Of a DNA stretch of 64,000 nt, positions 51,598-62,838 are shown piece after piece (position 1 is the first letter of the stretch; every line of letters starts with the position of its first letter). The stretch comes from Spirochaetota bacterium (GTDB lineage: Bacteria; Spirochaetota; UBA4802; UB4802), in contig DAOLVF010000002.1 in assembly GCA_035420565.1 (NCBI GenBank), positions 5,896-69,895 on the forward strand, in the 5' to 3' direction. The notes under the pieces were generated by a model. It saw only the letters and a list, made by a program, of their open reading frames with translations, searched no databases and had not been told where the DNA came from. A program made the translations under genes and the position numbers.

Positions 51598-52122
51598 ATG
51601 GTTATAAATAAAATTCCAGCAATACTGAGCTTAATACTCTTTATGACTATAGAAATAGTATTACCTGGCATGGTTTATTCAGATGACACCACTACCTTTA
51701 ATACATTACGAATATCTTCTGAAGATATTCCTGCTGGGTTCATGTTTGGGGAAATACCACAGTTTGCAAAAAAGGTATTCCCGGAAAATCCCTGTATTGT
51801 TAGCACTGAAGGTATCCAGTTTTTAGCTGGCAAGCTTTATCCTGAGGGCAATCCATATAATATCAAAAACATGTATGTTGCAATAATGTCAGAATCATCA
51901 CGGCCATTTGGTGATGATATAGTATGTTATGTGCTCATGTTTAAGGATCAAACATCTGCTTCAAGCGAGATAAAAAAAATTCAGGAATTCTATAAATATA
52001 ATAAGGATAGGATAGTTTTGATAATAAAAGGGCAGATAGCAATTATGTTATTTGCTGATGATATAAATAATTACAAATATATTGCAGAATTAGGTAACAA
52101 ACTATCAAGCAAGCTTGATTAA
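51598..52122 (+). CDS. hypothetical exported protein
   Basis: N-terminal signal/anchor helix. No motif. Confidence 0.45.
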   Translation: MVINKIPAILSLILFMTIEIVLPGMVYSDDTTTFNTLRISSEDIPAGFMFGEIPQFAKKVFPENPCIVSTEGIQFLAGKLYPEGNPYNIKNMYVAIMSESSRPFGDDIVCYVLMFKDQTSASSEIKKIQEFYKYNKDRIVLIIKGQIAIMLFADDINNYKYIAELGNKLSSKLD

Positions 52123-52547
52123 TAAATATTTCTGGTAATTAACATCTCCTCTAATTCATCAGCTTTTGCAGCAATATAAACAAGCGATTTCATAAACCGC
52201 TGAGGGTCGCAATCTTTAAGCAATAAAGAATTACGTAAAATAAGTGTATCATTTAATAATGCCAAAGCGCCATAGTCAAAAGTACTATTGAGTTTTAATG
52301 AAAATTTATATAATTCAAAAGATTCATTCTTGATTGTCCCAATTACAGAATAATAATTAATTATTCTATCTCCAGATTCATCTTTATTAAGAGTAATTAA
52401 TATCTCCTGAGATCGGTTATTTTCAAATTCTATCGTCGTTGTATATGCACCCTCTGAAGTTTTATTGAACTTCATTTTAAATTCTGATGCTATTGCCGCT
52501 ATAAAACCGTCAAAAAGCTCCATATTCCACCCTTTCACAATAATCAA
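52119..52547 (-). CDS. hypothetical protein, possibly YbjN-like (type III secretion chaperone-like fold)
   Basis: About 140 aa, acidic. Weak resemblance to the YbjN family (LALLNDTLILRN). Low certainty. Confidence 0.35.
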   Translation of the reverse strand: MIIVKGWNMELFDGFIAAIASEFKMKFNKTSEGAYTTTIEFENNRSQEILITLNKDESGDRIINYYSVIGTIKNESFELYKFSLKLNSTFDYGALALLNDTLILRNSLLLKDCDPQRFMKSLVYIAAKADELEEMLITRNIY

Positions 52548-52550
52548 TAA

Positions 52551-53225
52551 TTATGATAACAACTTTTTAACATTGTCATGATGTAACGGTTGATGAACCA
52601 TAAAAGCGTTTGATGCATTGTCTTCTATAATTTTCTTAATAACTTTTATATCAGGACTATCGTTATCGGCAACTCCTAAAGCACGTGATAGTGTTTGCTT
52701 ATAGCTTTCAAGTATTTGTGAGTTATTAATTAAACTATTATGTATAGCATTCATTGTTTTTATATCATTGTTAGCAACCGCTTTCTGTAGTTGAGTAATT
52801 TCTTGAGATGATCCTGCAACAACATCAGCAGGTGGGATAGCAGGAACATTTGCTGTACCAGGTGATAACCTGTTAAAATAGCTGTCTATGGTAGCAAGTT
52901 TAGCAATTATTTCTGTATAACTGGATTCTTTAGAATAAGCTTTTTGTATAAGTTCAAACGAAATGTTAAGAGCCATAGTAACAAGCTTATGAGCTTCCTG
53001 GACAACCGTATATGCAGAAATCGTTTTTTGCAACGATACATGATGCTGTACATTATTTACTTGTGCAACAGGCACACCTGTTTTTCTGCCTGTTGATGGG
53101 ACCATCATTGACGGTACAGGCAAATCATTTGATATCCTCATGTAATCCCCTCCCTGATCACCAGTAAGTGTAGTATATGGAATTAATAATGTCAACAGTA
53201 AAATTTTGAAGATCAAAAAAATCAA
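52551..53225 (-). CDS. hypothetical protein, operonic with the YbjN-like gene
   Basis: 224-aa ORF with a 4-nt gap to the downstream gene. No motif. Confidence 0.4.
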   Translation of the reverse strand: MIFLIFKILLLTLLIPYTTLTGDQGGDYMRISNDLPVPSMMVPSTGRKTGVPVAQVNNVQHHVSLQKTISAYTVVQEAHKLVTMALNISFELIQKAYSKESSYTEIIAKLATIDSYFNRLSPGTANVPAIPPADVVAGSSQEITQLQKAVANNDIKTMNAIHNSLINNSQILESYKQTLSRALGVADNDSPDIKVIKKIIEDNASNAFMVHQPLHHDNVKKLLS

Positions 53226-53296
53226 TATTGAAAAATTACAACATGTGTTGTATGTTTGTAAATATAAGAATATATTTATATAATGGATTATACTCT

Positions 53297-53494
53297 ATGA
53301 AGAAGATAGTAATTTGTTTAATAATATCTATTCTGTTTTTTGGGGTATCGTGCAAAAAAAATGATGATAACAAAGTACCCATGGAACAGATACAGATCGA
53401 TGGATCACATGATTTTTCTATCATTTTTAAAGATATTATCGAGAAAGAAAAAAAAGATGCCAGCCGATATAAAAAGGGACCCTTTGATGAATAA
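53297..53494 (+). CDS. small lipoprotein (65 aa)
   Basis: MKKIVICLIISILFFGVSC lipobox. The stop overlaps the next start (ATGAATAA). Confidence 0.45.
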   Translation: MKKIVICLIISILFFGVSCKKNDDNKVPMEQIQIDGSHDFSIIFKDIIEKEKKDASRYKKGPFDE

Positions 53495-54152
53495 GCTCAT
53501 AATTATTCCTGAAGACAAATTGATTGCATATTGCCTCAATTTGTCACACCCTGCACTGGAATCAGTGGTTATACGCGAATGTGTTGATCCTCTATGTAAT
53601 GGAGATAATCCCTCACTATACCGCAGGCATTTTTCACTGTTTCATGCTTTATATACCATTAAGACCTGCCCACAATATTTTCACTTAATGGTATATATCC
53701 ATCCTATGGATATTGTTATACGAAGCTATCCCACAAACAATGCGTGTATTCATTATGATCCCTGGTGCGATGCCTTTTGTAATAGAGAAACAGTTGATGG
53801 AATATATTGCTCGTTTCACTATGAATTTTATGAACCATACAATCATAATTGCCTCTATGATCCATTAATGAAATTTTATTGTGATTCATATAATATTAAT
53901 TATGAATTTTCAGTTGAGCTCAACAAGGTTTACCATGGTTTTAAGAAATATATTGCCAGTCTCAAGGAGGTGGAGAAGGCTTTATTTTTCTTTCAATTTA
54001 ATGCAATAGATACCTGTAACAGATCATTGTTACAGAAGCGTTACAGGGAACTGGTAAAAAAATACCATCCCGATAGGTATAACGGTGATATGGCGATGAT
54101 TAAACAGATTAATGAACACTACAGCTTGTTGAAAGAAATCGTTGTAATATAA
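53487..54152 (+). CDS. Cys/His-rich protein with a C-terminal J-domain (HPD motif)
   Basis: RYRELVKKYHPDRYNGDMAMIKQINEHYSLLKE is a J-domain helix II-III with HPD. Upstream are about 14 Cys and 12 His in 150 aa. Confidence 0.55.
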   Translation: MNKLIIIPEDKLIAYCLNLSHPALESVVIRECVDPLCNGDNPSLYRRHFSLFHALYTIKTCPQYFHLMVYIHPMDIVIRSYPTNNACIHYDPWCDAFCNRETVDGIYCSFHYEFYEPYNHNCLYDPLMKFYCDSYNINYEFSVELNKVYHGFKKYIASLKEVEKALFFFQFNAIDTCNRSLLQKRYRELVKKYHPDRYNGDMAMIKQINEHYSLLKEIVVI

Positions 54153-54304
54153 ATATTTCTATTATATATTGACAATGATAATATATATTATTATGGTGTA
54201 TATTTTTTATTAATTTTTATTTTACCATATATTATTGAATAAATTAAGTCCCTATTATACAATAACTTTTGATTTAATAATTTATAGTAATTAGGAGATA
54301 ACTA

Positions 54305-55450
54305 ATGAAAAGAAAAATATTACAGATAGTTCCATGTATACTTCTCATTGGTGTAGTTTTCTTTGTTTTTAATAATTTTTCCTGTTCAAATAGCGAACCT
54401 TCAGTATTTGGCAATAATAGCAGTTCACCATTGAAGGGGCATCAGGAAACAGCTCGTGCTATTGAGATTCAAGATGCTTTCAGGAAAATCTATGAACTAT
54501 ATAAGGACAGGGTAGTTTTTATTACAACCGAACAGGTGGTTGAGTTGCCTCCAAACCCTTTTTTTGATGATCCCTTTTTCCGCCAATTTTTTGGGATTCC
54601 CCAACAAAAATCACGTAAACAAAAACGTTCCGGATTGGGGAGTGGTTTTGTTCTATCAAGCGATGGTTATATCTGTACTAACTACCATGTCATTGCGAAT
54701 GTTGATTCAGTAAAGGTAAAGGTTAAAAATAAAGAGTACGAAGCTACAATTGTTGGATATGACCAGAGAACAGATTTGGCATTACTGAAAATAAATCCTG
54801 GCGATAAGCTTGAACCTGTTTTTTTAGGTGACTCTGATCAAGTAAAGGTTGGAGATTGGGCAATTGCTATTGGAAATCCCTTTGGGTTGGACCGTACATT
54901 TACTGTTGGAGTTATTAGTGCTACAAGCCGAAAGGATGTAGATATGATGGGTGGTTCACAGTCGCATATACAGACTGATGCAGCAATTAACCCCGGAAAT
55001 TCTGGTGGGCCTCTGGTTAATATTAATGGGGAGGTTATAGGCATTAACCGCATGATTTATTCCCAGAGTGGTGGCTATATGGGGATTGGATTTGCAATCC
55101 CTATTAATACGGCTAAGTCTATTTTAGAGCAGTTAAAGAAGTATAAAAAAGTTAAAACCGGCTATATTGGCGTACAGATAGTTCCATTGACAGAGGAATA
55201 TGCAAACGAATTGGGGCTTAAAAATACTGAAGGTGCTCTTGTTGGTGGTATTATGGAAAACAGCCCTGCTGAAAAAGCTGGTATACAACCAGGTGACGTC
55301 ATTATATCAGTTGATGATAAAAATATCAAATCATATGAAGATCTTATAGAAATTGTTAACAAGACACCTATTGGCAAAACCTTAAAAGTTGGCGTATGGC
55401 GTAATAAACAAAAAATCTACTTATTTGTTACGGTAAAAGAAAGGCCTTAG
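54305..55450 (+). CDS. htrA: HtrA/DegP-family periplasmic serine protease (trypsin domain + PDZ)
   Basis: Catalytic His (TNYHVI), Asp, and Ser (GNSGGPLVN). C-terminal PDZ. Confidence 0.9.
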   Translation: MKRKILQIVPCILLIGVVFFVFNNFSCSNSEPSVFGNNSSSPLKGHQETARAIEIQDAFRKIYELYKDRVVFITTEQVVELPPNPFFDDPFFRQFFGIPQQKSRKQKRSGLGSGFVLSSDGYICTNYHVIANVDSVKVKVKNKEYEATIVGYDQRTDLALLKINPGDKLEPVFLGDSDQVKVGDWAIAIGNPFGLDRTFTVGVISATSRKDVDMMGGSQSHIQTDAAINPGNSGGPLVNINGEVIGINRMIYSQSGGYMGIGFAIPINTAKSILEQLKKYKKVKTGYIGVQIVPLTEEYANELGLKNTEGALVGGIMENSPAEKAGIQPGDVIISVDDKNIKSYEDLIEIVNKTPIGKTLKVGVWRNKQKIYLFVTVKERP

Positions 55451-55461
55451 ATATTAAAAGC

Positions 55462-55680
55462 ATGCACAGTATGAATAAGTACACACATTATATATTAATA
55501 ATAGCGGGAATAGTTGCTGTGGGATATATAACCTTTCGCTATATTATCCCGCTATTATTTAAATTAATAAGCTTTATAGTAGGCTTTTTGGCTTATGGAG
55601 CAGCAGTTGTTTTAGCTGTAGCGATAGTATTAATAATTATTGGCTATATTGTTCGGATGTACAAAACTCATTCTCAGTAA
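55462..55680 (+). CDS. small 2-TM membrane protein
   Basis: 72 aa, two hydrophobic helices. Lies between htrA and the PBP1A gene. Confidence 0.35.
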   Translation: MHSMNKYTHYILIIAGIVAVGYITFRYIIPLLFKLISFIVGFLAYGAAVVLAVAIVLIIIGYIVRMYKTHSQ

Positions 55681-55756
55681 ATAACTTGATACCACTATCC
55701 ATTTGAATGCTAAACTAAGCTATAGTAATATAATAAATAATTGAGGTCAGAACAAC

Positions 55757-58159
55757 GTGAAAGAGCGTTTGAAAGCCTGCTTAAACAGTTTTAAACAGTT
55801 TATAATTAAATACATGCATGACACACGCACATGGTTTTACGGGATTATAGTAGTATCACTCATCGGCGGTTTGCTTTTTGGGTATATTGTTGCTCAGGTA
55901 CAAAATTGTCTTGGTATAGATAATCTAAAGCGTTTCCAGCCAAGTGTTCCTACTAAACTGTATGATGTTAACGGTGAACTTATTGCCGAACTTTTTCAAG
56001 AAAAACGTGATTTAGTATCATTTGAAGAACTTCCAAAAACATTGATAAGGGCGTTTGTTGCAACTGAGGATCAGGACTTCTATACGCATATAGGAATAAG
56101 TCCTATGGCAATGACACGGGCAATGGTTAAAAATATTATTTCTCTTAAAATTGCACAGGGCGGCTCAACCATTACCCAGCAATTGGCAAAACGGCTTTTT
56201 ACGTCAGGCGAAAGAACATTTACCCGTAAAGCATTAGAATTAGTTTTAACATTGCAAATTGAAAAGAAATTCTCCAAAGATGAAATTCTTGAAATGTACT
56301 TTAACCAAATTTATTTAGGACACGGATGTTATGGGATTGCATCTGCTGCTGAGCTTTTCTTCAATAAAGAGGTTAGATTTCTTAGCCTTGCCGAAGGAAG
56401 CGTTTTAGCTGCATTACCTTCAGCTCCTGGTCGGTACTCCCCATTTATGAATACCCGTAATGCTTATATTAAAAATTGGGATATTTTAAACAGAATGGTT
56501 GACTGCGGCTATTTAACTAATGAAAAAGCTAAAGAAGTATATACCTCTTTCTGGCCCATTTTTGTTGATACCATAAAAACTGAATTTCCTACTAAAACCG
56601 CATATTCAAAAATCGTGGATAATGCCCCATTTTTTACAGATTATGTACGTCAGATACTTATTTCCCGATATGGCAAGGATGTAGTGTATAATGAAGGATT
56701 GCAAGTATATACCACATTAAACTTGAAACGACAACAAGCAGGTGAAAAATATCTTGTGGAAGGTTTAACCAGGCAAAATGAGATATCTGCTCGTGCCAAT
56801 CAATATCTTTCAGGAGCTGTTGATAGAGGATTATTCTCTGTATACCAGCAATTAGGACTTCTTTTTAATTTACCCAGAATTATCGTCAAAAGTGATACAG
56901 AAACAATATTCAAAAAATATATGGTTGATAATCTGTTGAATGAAATGGAGCTTTTAGCGTTATTATGCAATGTTGATGCAATGCATAATGATATTGAAAA
57001 ATTTATGATAGTAACCAGTGGGATTTCTTCTTCATTAAAAGTTGAAGGGGCTCTTATAGCTATTGAACCTAAAACTGGATATATAACGACAATGGTTGGT
57101 GGATCAGAATTTGCTGTGAGCAATCAATATAACAGATCAACTCAGGCTCGCCGTCAGCCTGGATCAGCATTTAAACCATTTGTTTATGGTGCAGGTATTG
57201 AGTCAAAATTAATTAATACAGCCATGGCTCTTCCAGATGCACCTATTGTTGATATTGATGCTCAGGGAAGCACCTGGAGCCCGAATAACTATGAAGGCGA
57301 ATTTATGGGAATGGTTCATTTAAGGAGGGCTCTTGCCGCATCAATCAATGTAATTTCAGTACGGATATATGATATCATAGGTGCAGATACTATCATAGAT
57401 TTTGCATCACGCGTATTAAAGGTTTCTCCTTCACGCTTCCATCCCGGGCCATCATTAGCTTTAGGAAGTTCAGAATTAACACCATTAGAAATGGCAACAG
57501 GATATGCGATTTATGCTAACAGAGGGAGGGATGTCATTCCATTTTCCATTCGTTATATTACCGATAGAGATGGCAACGAAATAGAAAATATTGAAGAAGA
57601 TGTTGGCAATATCATTGCAGCAAAAGAAGCAGACGGTTCAATTCAGATTATTCCCGAAAATGTAAATTATATAATGACATCATTAATGCAGACTGTTGCC
57701 GAAGGAGGTACACCTACTGAGGCTTTGCGCTTAATTGCAAAATTTGACAAAAAATGTGCAGGCAAAACAGGCACTACTCAAAACTGGACAGATGCATGGT
57801 TTTGTGGTTTTACTCCTGATATTGCAACAGTTGTTTGGGTTGGATATGATAAACCTTTTATGTCATTGGGACGACATCAGGCTGGTGCAGCAGTAGCAGC
57901 GCCCATATGGGGATTTTACATGAAGGAAGTTTACAATGGAATGCCGGATCCTCAATGGCCAGCTCAACCAAAAGATGTTTTTTATGGTGCTACCTGTAAA
58001 TATTCAGGCTGTGCACCTGGTCCAAATTGTCATGAATTAATCAGTGATTTAATGATACCTGGCGGAACTCCTCGTTGCATTTGTAATGGAATACACTATA
58101 ATATGAAATCTGTTTTTGAACAATATATGGAAAAAGAAGGTTTAAAAAATGAGGATTAA
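55757..58159 (+). CDS. mrcA: penicillin-binding protein 1A (bifunctional transglycosylase/transpeptidase)
   Basis: GT51 motifs (RAFVATEDQDFYTH, GGSTITQQLAK), transpeptidase SAFKP (SxxK), SxN and KTGT. Confidence 0.9.
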   Translation: MKERLKACLNSFKQFIIKYMHDTRTWFYGIIVVSLIGGLLFGYIVAQVQNCLGIDNLKRFQPSVPTKLYDVNGELIAELFQEKRDLVSFEELPKTLIRAFVATEDQDFYTHIGISPMAMTRAMVKNIISLKIAQGGSTITQQLAKRLFTSGERTFTRKALELVLTLQIEKKFSKDEILEMYFNQIYLGHGCYGIASAAELFFNKEVRFLSLAEGSVLAALPSAPGRYSPFMNTRNAYIKNWDILNRMVDCGYLTNEKAKEVYTSFWPIFVDTIKTEFPTKTAYSKIVDNAPFFTDYVRQILISRYGKDVVYNEGLQVYTTLNLKRQQAGEKYLVEGLTRQNEISARANQYLSGAVDRGLFSVYQQLGLLFNLPRIIVKSDTETIFKKYMVDNLLNEMELLALLCNVDAMHNDIEKFMIVTSGISSSLKVEGALIAIEPKTGYITTMVGGSEFAVSNQYNRSTQARRQPGSAFKPFVYGAGIESKLINTAMALPDAPIVDIDAQGSTWSPNNYEGEFMGMVHLRRALAASINVISVRIYDIIGADTIIDFASRVLKVSPSRFHPGPSLALGSSELTPLEMATGYAIYANRGRDVIPFSIRYITDRDGNEIENIEEDVGNIIAAKEADGSIQIIPENVNYIMTSLMQTVAEGGTPTEALRLIAKFDKKCAGKTGTTQNWTDAWFCGFTPDIATVVWVGYDKPFMSLGRHQAGAAVAAPIWGFYMKEVYNGMPDPQWPAQPKDVFYGATCKYSGCAPGPNCHELISDLMIPGGTPRCICNGIHYNMKSVFEQYMEKEGLKNED

Positions 58160-58319
58160 TAGCTATTGTCAAATTTCACAATCAAATAACAAACTCTATT
58201 ACTAGCCGATAATACTTTCTTAAAAAAAATTTTCTACTTGATTTTATTAAAATTATGTGCTAAAATTATTAATTTATACGTTATAATAAATGTGGGTTAA
58301 TTTATTTTGAGGGTATCCT

Positions 58320-58799
58320 ATGTTTAAAATAGGTGATAAGATAGTGTATCCTTTACATGGGGTAGGTATCATAAACGCTATCGAAAAAAAGGTAGTATTA
58401 AACAAAAGGAATGAATTTTATCTTATAACAATCATCAACAGTGGCATGAAGGTTATGATTCCTACCGCAAAGGCAGAGTCCATAGGGTTGAGGAAGGTTA
58501 TTCCAAAAAAGGATGTAACAAAAGTATTAAATCTGTTACGCCAAACAGACATTGAGACCGAGGATGACTGGAAAATTCGTTATCAAAACAATGTTGATAA
58601 GATTAAAAGTGGATCAATATTTGCAGTGGCTGAGGTTGCCAGGGATCTATATAAACGTGGAAAAGATAAAGAGCTTTCTATAATGGAGCGAAAGCTTTAC
58701 GAGAATGCTTATCAGCTCATGATACATGAGATAGCTTTAGCAAAGGACATTGATGTTGATGAAGCAGGCAACATTGTATCAGATGCACTTTCCTCATAA
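58320..58799 (+). CDS. carD: CarD/CdnL family RNA-polymerase-binding transcription factor
   Basis: N-terminal RNAP-interacting Tudor-like domain FKIGDKIVYPLHGVGII. 159 aa. Confidence 0.85.
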   Translation: MFKIGDKIVYPLHGVGIINAIEKKVVLNKRNEFYLITIINSGMKVMIPTAKAESIGLRKVIPKKDVTKVLNLLRQTDIETEDDWKIRYQNNVDKIKSGSIFAVAEVARDLYKRGKDKELSIMERKLYENAYQLMIHEIALAKDIDVDEAGNIVSDALSS

Positions 58800-58924
58800 T
58801 TGCTCACTACAGTTTATAATTTTTGTATCAGTCACTTTATTTATAAAATATTTAACTTTATGGATCCATAATGTTTTTTTTATCAAAATTTTATTTTAAT
58901 ATATATAAAGGAGTCAGTATATCC

Positions 58925-59926
58925 ATGATAGCAATTATACGTTTTTTATTTATTATTACTTCAGCTGTTGTTACCGGTTTATATTTTTTCCAAATTTCAT
59001 TGCAATCAGCCATAATAGCTGCTGTGATTGCATCTGCTATAGCACTTATACTCATTATTGCAATAGAATATATTTCACATACTATCTCAACAAGGATGGT
59101 TATTGCAGCGCTGGTTGGCATTTTTATAGGACTCATCTTTGCGCATCTTTTAGTGATAGCATTTAAATCATTACCCCTTACCATGCAACCAAACACGGTA
59201 AACATTATAAGTGCCATTATTTACCACATTATAGGATTTGGATCCGTATTATTTTTTATAATAAATTGTGAGGATATTGCAATTTTTGATGCGATAGTTC
59301 CTGTAAAACGTGACGAAGCAAGGGATGGCGCATCATATAAAATTCTTGATACCAGCGTCATTATAGATGGTCGTATTTCAGATATCTGTGATACTGGATT
59401 TATTGAAGGTATTCTTGTGATTCCCAATTTTGTATTGAATGAATTGCAAATGATAGCTGATTCATCTGATTCTATTAAGCGTAATAGAGGAAGACGAGGT
59501 TTAGACATACTCAATAAAATGCAGAAGGATCAGAGAATTTTAGTAAAAATTTCTGATGTTGATTTTCCCGAAGTTTCAGAAGTTGATGCAAAATTGGTCA
59601 AATTAGCCAAGCTTATGACTGCAAAAATTATTACCAATGATTTCAATCTAAACAAAGTTGCTGAGTTCCATGGCGTTAAAGTTTTAAATATTAACCAGCT
59701 TTCAAACGCCCTCAGGCCAATAGTGCTACCGGGTGAAGAAATGTCTGTTTCATTAATAAAAGAAGGGAAAGACCCCAATCAAGCAATTGGATATCTTGAT
59801 GACGGGACTATGGTAGTAGTGGAAAATGGGAGATCACGGTTAAATTCAACGGTCGATGTGATAGTTACTTCAGTACTCCAAACAACCGCAGGGAGAATGA
59901 TCTTTGCAAGAATCAAAGAAGACTAA
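58925..59926 (+). CDS. PIN/TRAM-domain membrane protein (YacL-like)
   Basis: Four N-terminal TM helices, a PIN domain ([12 protein letters not shown]...), and a C-terminal TRAM-like beta-barrel. AAAGGAG RBS at the internal Met. Confidence 0.75.
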   Translation: MIAIIRFLFIITSAVVTGLYFFQISLQSAIIAAVIASAIALILIIAIEYISHTISTRMVIAALVGIFIGLIFAHLLVIAFKSLPLTMQPNTVNIISAIIYHIIGFGSVLFFIINCEDIAIFDAIVPVKRDEARDGASYKILDTSVIIDGRISDICDTGFIEGILVIPNFVLNELQMIADSSDSIKRNRGRRGLDILNKMQKDQRILVKISDVDFPEVSEVDAKLVKLAKLMTAKIITNDFNLNKVAEFHGVKVLNINQLSNALRPIVLPGEEMSVSLIKEGKDPNQAIGYLDDGTMVVVENGRSRLNSTVDVIVTSVLQTTAGRMIFARIKED

Positions 59927-60491
59927 TTATGATGTGGTTGTTCTTTGCGGAAGTCCTCATAAAGAAGGAAATACTGTTGCAATTTTGCAATTACTTTTTA
60001 AGGAACTATCGAACATAACAAAAGCAATACATTTTGCCTATGAACTACATGTACATCCATGTATAGACTGTGGATTTTGCCATAATGAATTTGGCTGTAT
60101 TTTCCACGACGATATGGATATGCTTTACGCTACCATAAAACAAAGTACATTCCTGATTGTTGCATCACCATTGTATTTTTCGCATCTTCCTTCACCTCTA
60201 AAAGCAATTATCGACCGCTGCCAGGTTTTCTGGGAATACTATAAGAATAATCCATCACAAACAAAACGACATGCAATGGCTATATTAATTGGTGGAGGGA
60301 ATTATTATGATATGTTTATGCCGGGAAAAATTACATTACGACATTATTTCAATTCATTGCAGTATCACTATGATGAGGACAACTTCTTATTATTACCAAA
60401 CATAAATAGCAAAAATGATATAGAAAATGCCGATATTATGAAAAAGGTAGAACAAACAATCCATTATATACATACAGTATTACAAAGATAG
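59904..60491 (+). CDS. iron-sulfur flavoprotein / NADPH-dependent FMN reductase family
   Basis: [13 protein letters not shown] flavodoxin-like P-loop and a compact Cys cluster [13 protein letters not shown]. The start codon is non-ATG and uncertain. Confidence 0.7.
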   Translation: MQESKKTNYDVVVLCGSPHKEGNTVAILQLLFKELSNITKAIHFAYELHVHPCIDCGFCHNEFGCIFHDDMDMLYATIKQSTFLIVASPLYFSHLPSPLKAIIDRCQVFWEYYKNNPSQTKRHAMAILIGGGNYYDMFMPGKITLRHYFNSLQYHYDEDNFLLLPNINSKNDIENADIMKKVEQTIHYIHTVLQR

Positions 60492-60622
60492 TAGTAGTTA
60501 TGCATTCCCTTTTATAAGGACACTTTGATGGGTTTAGCTTTACTGAAAGTAGATAAATGTTTATTATTAGCAATTTTTTCCCGATAAAACAATGATAATG
60601 ATTGCTTTTTTTTGGAGGAAAT

Positions 60623-61867
60623 ATGAAATTATATATTACTCTAACCTTCCGATGTGATGATAAAAATTTTTTATTATTTATTCAAAAAGTCATCCAAGCA
60701 GATTGTACCATTCAAAGCATTAATTATTTATCATCTGAACAAAACTATAAAATATATAAAGCAGAACTTGTTTATACTGATAGAAGATTATTTAAAGAAA
60801 AAATATTACAATGGATAACGAAAGAATGCACACTCATAGAATGCAGTGACATTATGAATCAAGGCATAGATGGTGGTCTGCTTAAAGTCTCAAGCAAGAT
60901 ACCATTTGAAACTCCAGATGAATTTGAGGGCAAAGTTCTGGGATATTTTGAGTTGATTAAAGATAATACCATAACAAAAGATACCTATCGATACACAGGT
61001 ATATCAAAAAATATTGGGATGATTATCCTAAATGAAGAAAAAAATGAATTGCAACCAGATGAAATATATAATTATCTCCTGATCGAACGTGATTCACTCA
61101 TTATTAGCCATTGCAATAATTATAATCCTCAACCCCTTTTGTTGAAATATAAATCAAAAGAAGATATTATAAAAACACTTTATTCTGTTTCAGGCAATTA
61201 TGCCTTAATGCGTGTTGCCATTATGAATAACATAGAAGATATATCATTATTCCATCAGATGAGTGAGGTAACACCCCCTATTATTAATAGAGAATTTGAT
61301 GAGATACCACTTTATATTACTGTAAAAATAATGAATCTATTGAAGTTGCATAACATCAAATTATCAGATTCCGTTGTTGGATTCATTGGTGTAACAACAT
61401 CTTTACTTCGATGTACTCGATTGTTAAACAGTATTGGGTGTAGCAAAGTATTAGGTTTTGATCCTAATGAAAAAAACCTTTACTATTTTGAAAAGGAAAG
61501 CGGTATAGCAACCAGCACTGATAATGTCTTTGAAAATGCAGATATACTTTTGTTTGTATCAGATATTTGTGAAAATATCGATTATTATAAGCTTCAGAAA
61601 GGACAATTAGTATTGTCTAATCCAGCCATTCATTTTGATATGTTAATATCTGAAGAAAGAGGTGTTAAAGCAAACGAATATCTTAATATAGAAAACTCAT
61701 ATCTTCTTTTGCCTGGTATTATTGATATGATGTTAATGAATGATATTAAAACCTTAAACGATAATTGTTTAATAAACATTGCAAGAGCTCTGGTTAAAGC
61801 AAATATTGATATCGATAATACTGAAAACATATATACCATCAAGGATATTATAAAAAATATACAGTGA
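60623..61867 (+). CDS. hypothetical protein (N-terminal ACT-like fold, possible Rossmann-like C-domain)
   Basis: GGAGG RBS at the internal Met. No confident family assignment. Confidence 0.45.
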   Translation: MKLYITLTFRCDDKNFLLFIQKVIQADCTIQSINYLSSEQNYKIYKAELVYTDRRLFKEKILQWITKECTLIECSDIMNQGIDGGLLKVSSKIPFETPDEFEGKVLGYFELIKDNTITKDTYRYTGISKNIGMIILNEEKNELQPDEIYNYLLIERDSLIISHCNNYNPQPLLLKYKSKEDIIKTLYSVSGNYALMRVAIMNNIEDISLFHQMSEVTPPIINREFDEIPLYITVKIMNLLKLHNIKLSDSVVGFIGVTTSLLRCTRLLNSIGCSKVLGFDPNEKNLYYFEKESGIATSTDNVFENADILLFVSDICENIDYYKLQKGQLVLSNPAIHFDMLISEERGVKANEYLNIENSYLLLPGIIDMMLMNDIKTLNDNCLINIARALVKANIDIDNTENIYTIKDIIKNIQ

Positions 61868-61870
61868 CCG

Positions 61871-62635
61871 TTACGGAGATAACAAATACCATTCAATATT
61901 TTTATATTTAATCTCAATTATTGCATATTGCTTTTGTTCAAATGTAACATAATTATTTTGTAAATCAGGTATGGGTATAGTTTTTAAAATACTCTTCTCA
62001 GGTTTTATTATAACCATTCCGTATTTATCCACAATTATTGCATCTTCTGGTAAAACATCATAAAGCTTGATTTTATTAATAAATCCGATAAGAAAACCTT
62101 TATTTCTTTCGTTAGACGTAATAGGATAAACAACACAAAAGTTAAAATTTCCTGACATCACAGGATATTCAGATGGTTCACAGATAGATATATCATTGTA
62201 ATTGCATTTCATTAAACATTGCTGTAATTGAGGCGATATATCAAATATTCTGCGTCCATAATAATTTTTATTTTGCATCGAGTAAACAACCTGATAGGCA
62301 TTATTAGTAATTATAAGATCATCATAAAGCTTATGGGTAACATTATTGAGCATTTCGGTAATATGTTCATGTTCCAGTAAGTAATATTTATTCCCACCAT
62401 TATCCATTATAAGCAGATGAGTCAAATTGGAAATAAGTTCATATTTGATAATAATTTTAGTTGCATTTTGCATATCGCACACATAATGTGAAAAAAAAGA
62501 TACAACTGGATTGTTATAATTGTTAGTTATTTGCCTATTAGTACAAGACGAAATTAAAGTTATAAGAAGTATAATGGTTGCAACTCTAATATATTGTAAA
62601 ATATGGCATTGTATTCTAATACTCAAATCTATCAT
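61871..62635 (-). CDS. hypothetical lipoprotein
   Basis: Signal peptide with LISSC lipobox. No motif. Confidence 0.45.
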   Translation of the reverse strand: MIDLSIRIQCHILQYIRVATIILLITLISSCTNRQITNNYNNPVVSFFSHYVCDMQNATKIIIKYELISNLTHLLIMDNGGNKYYLLEHEHITEMLNNVTHKLYDDLIITNNAYQVVYSMQNKNYYGRRIFDISPQLQQCLMKCNYNDISICEPSEYPVMSGNFNFCVVYPITSNERNKGFLIGFINKIKLYDVLPEDAIIVDKYGMVIIKPEKSILKTIPIPDLQNNYVTFEQKQYAIIEIKYKNIEWYLLSP

Positions 62636-62838
62636 AATCCTTTCATTATTTGTATTTTTTTATTATACTATACATATTTATAATCGGTTTTATCACTGAA
62701 TCTTACAATAAAAAGGAATCAAGTAAATAGCATATTAATAATTAATAATCTAATAAAATAATATTTGCCAAAATTTATATTCAAATGGTATAATTAAATA
62801 ATTTATAAACTTATTTAAATAATTCAAAAGGTTCTATT

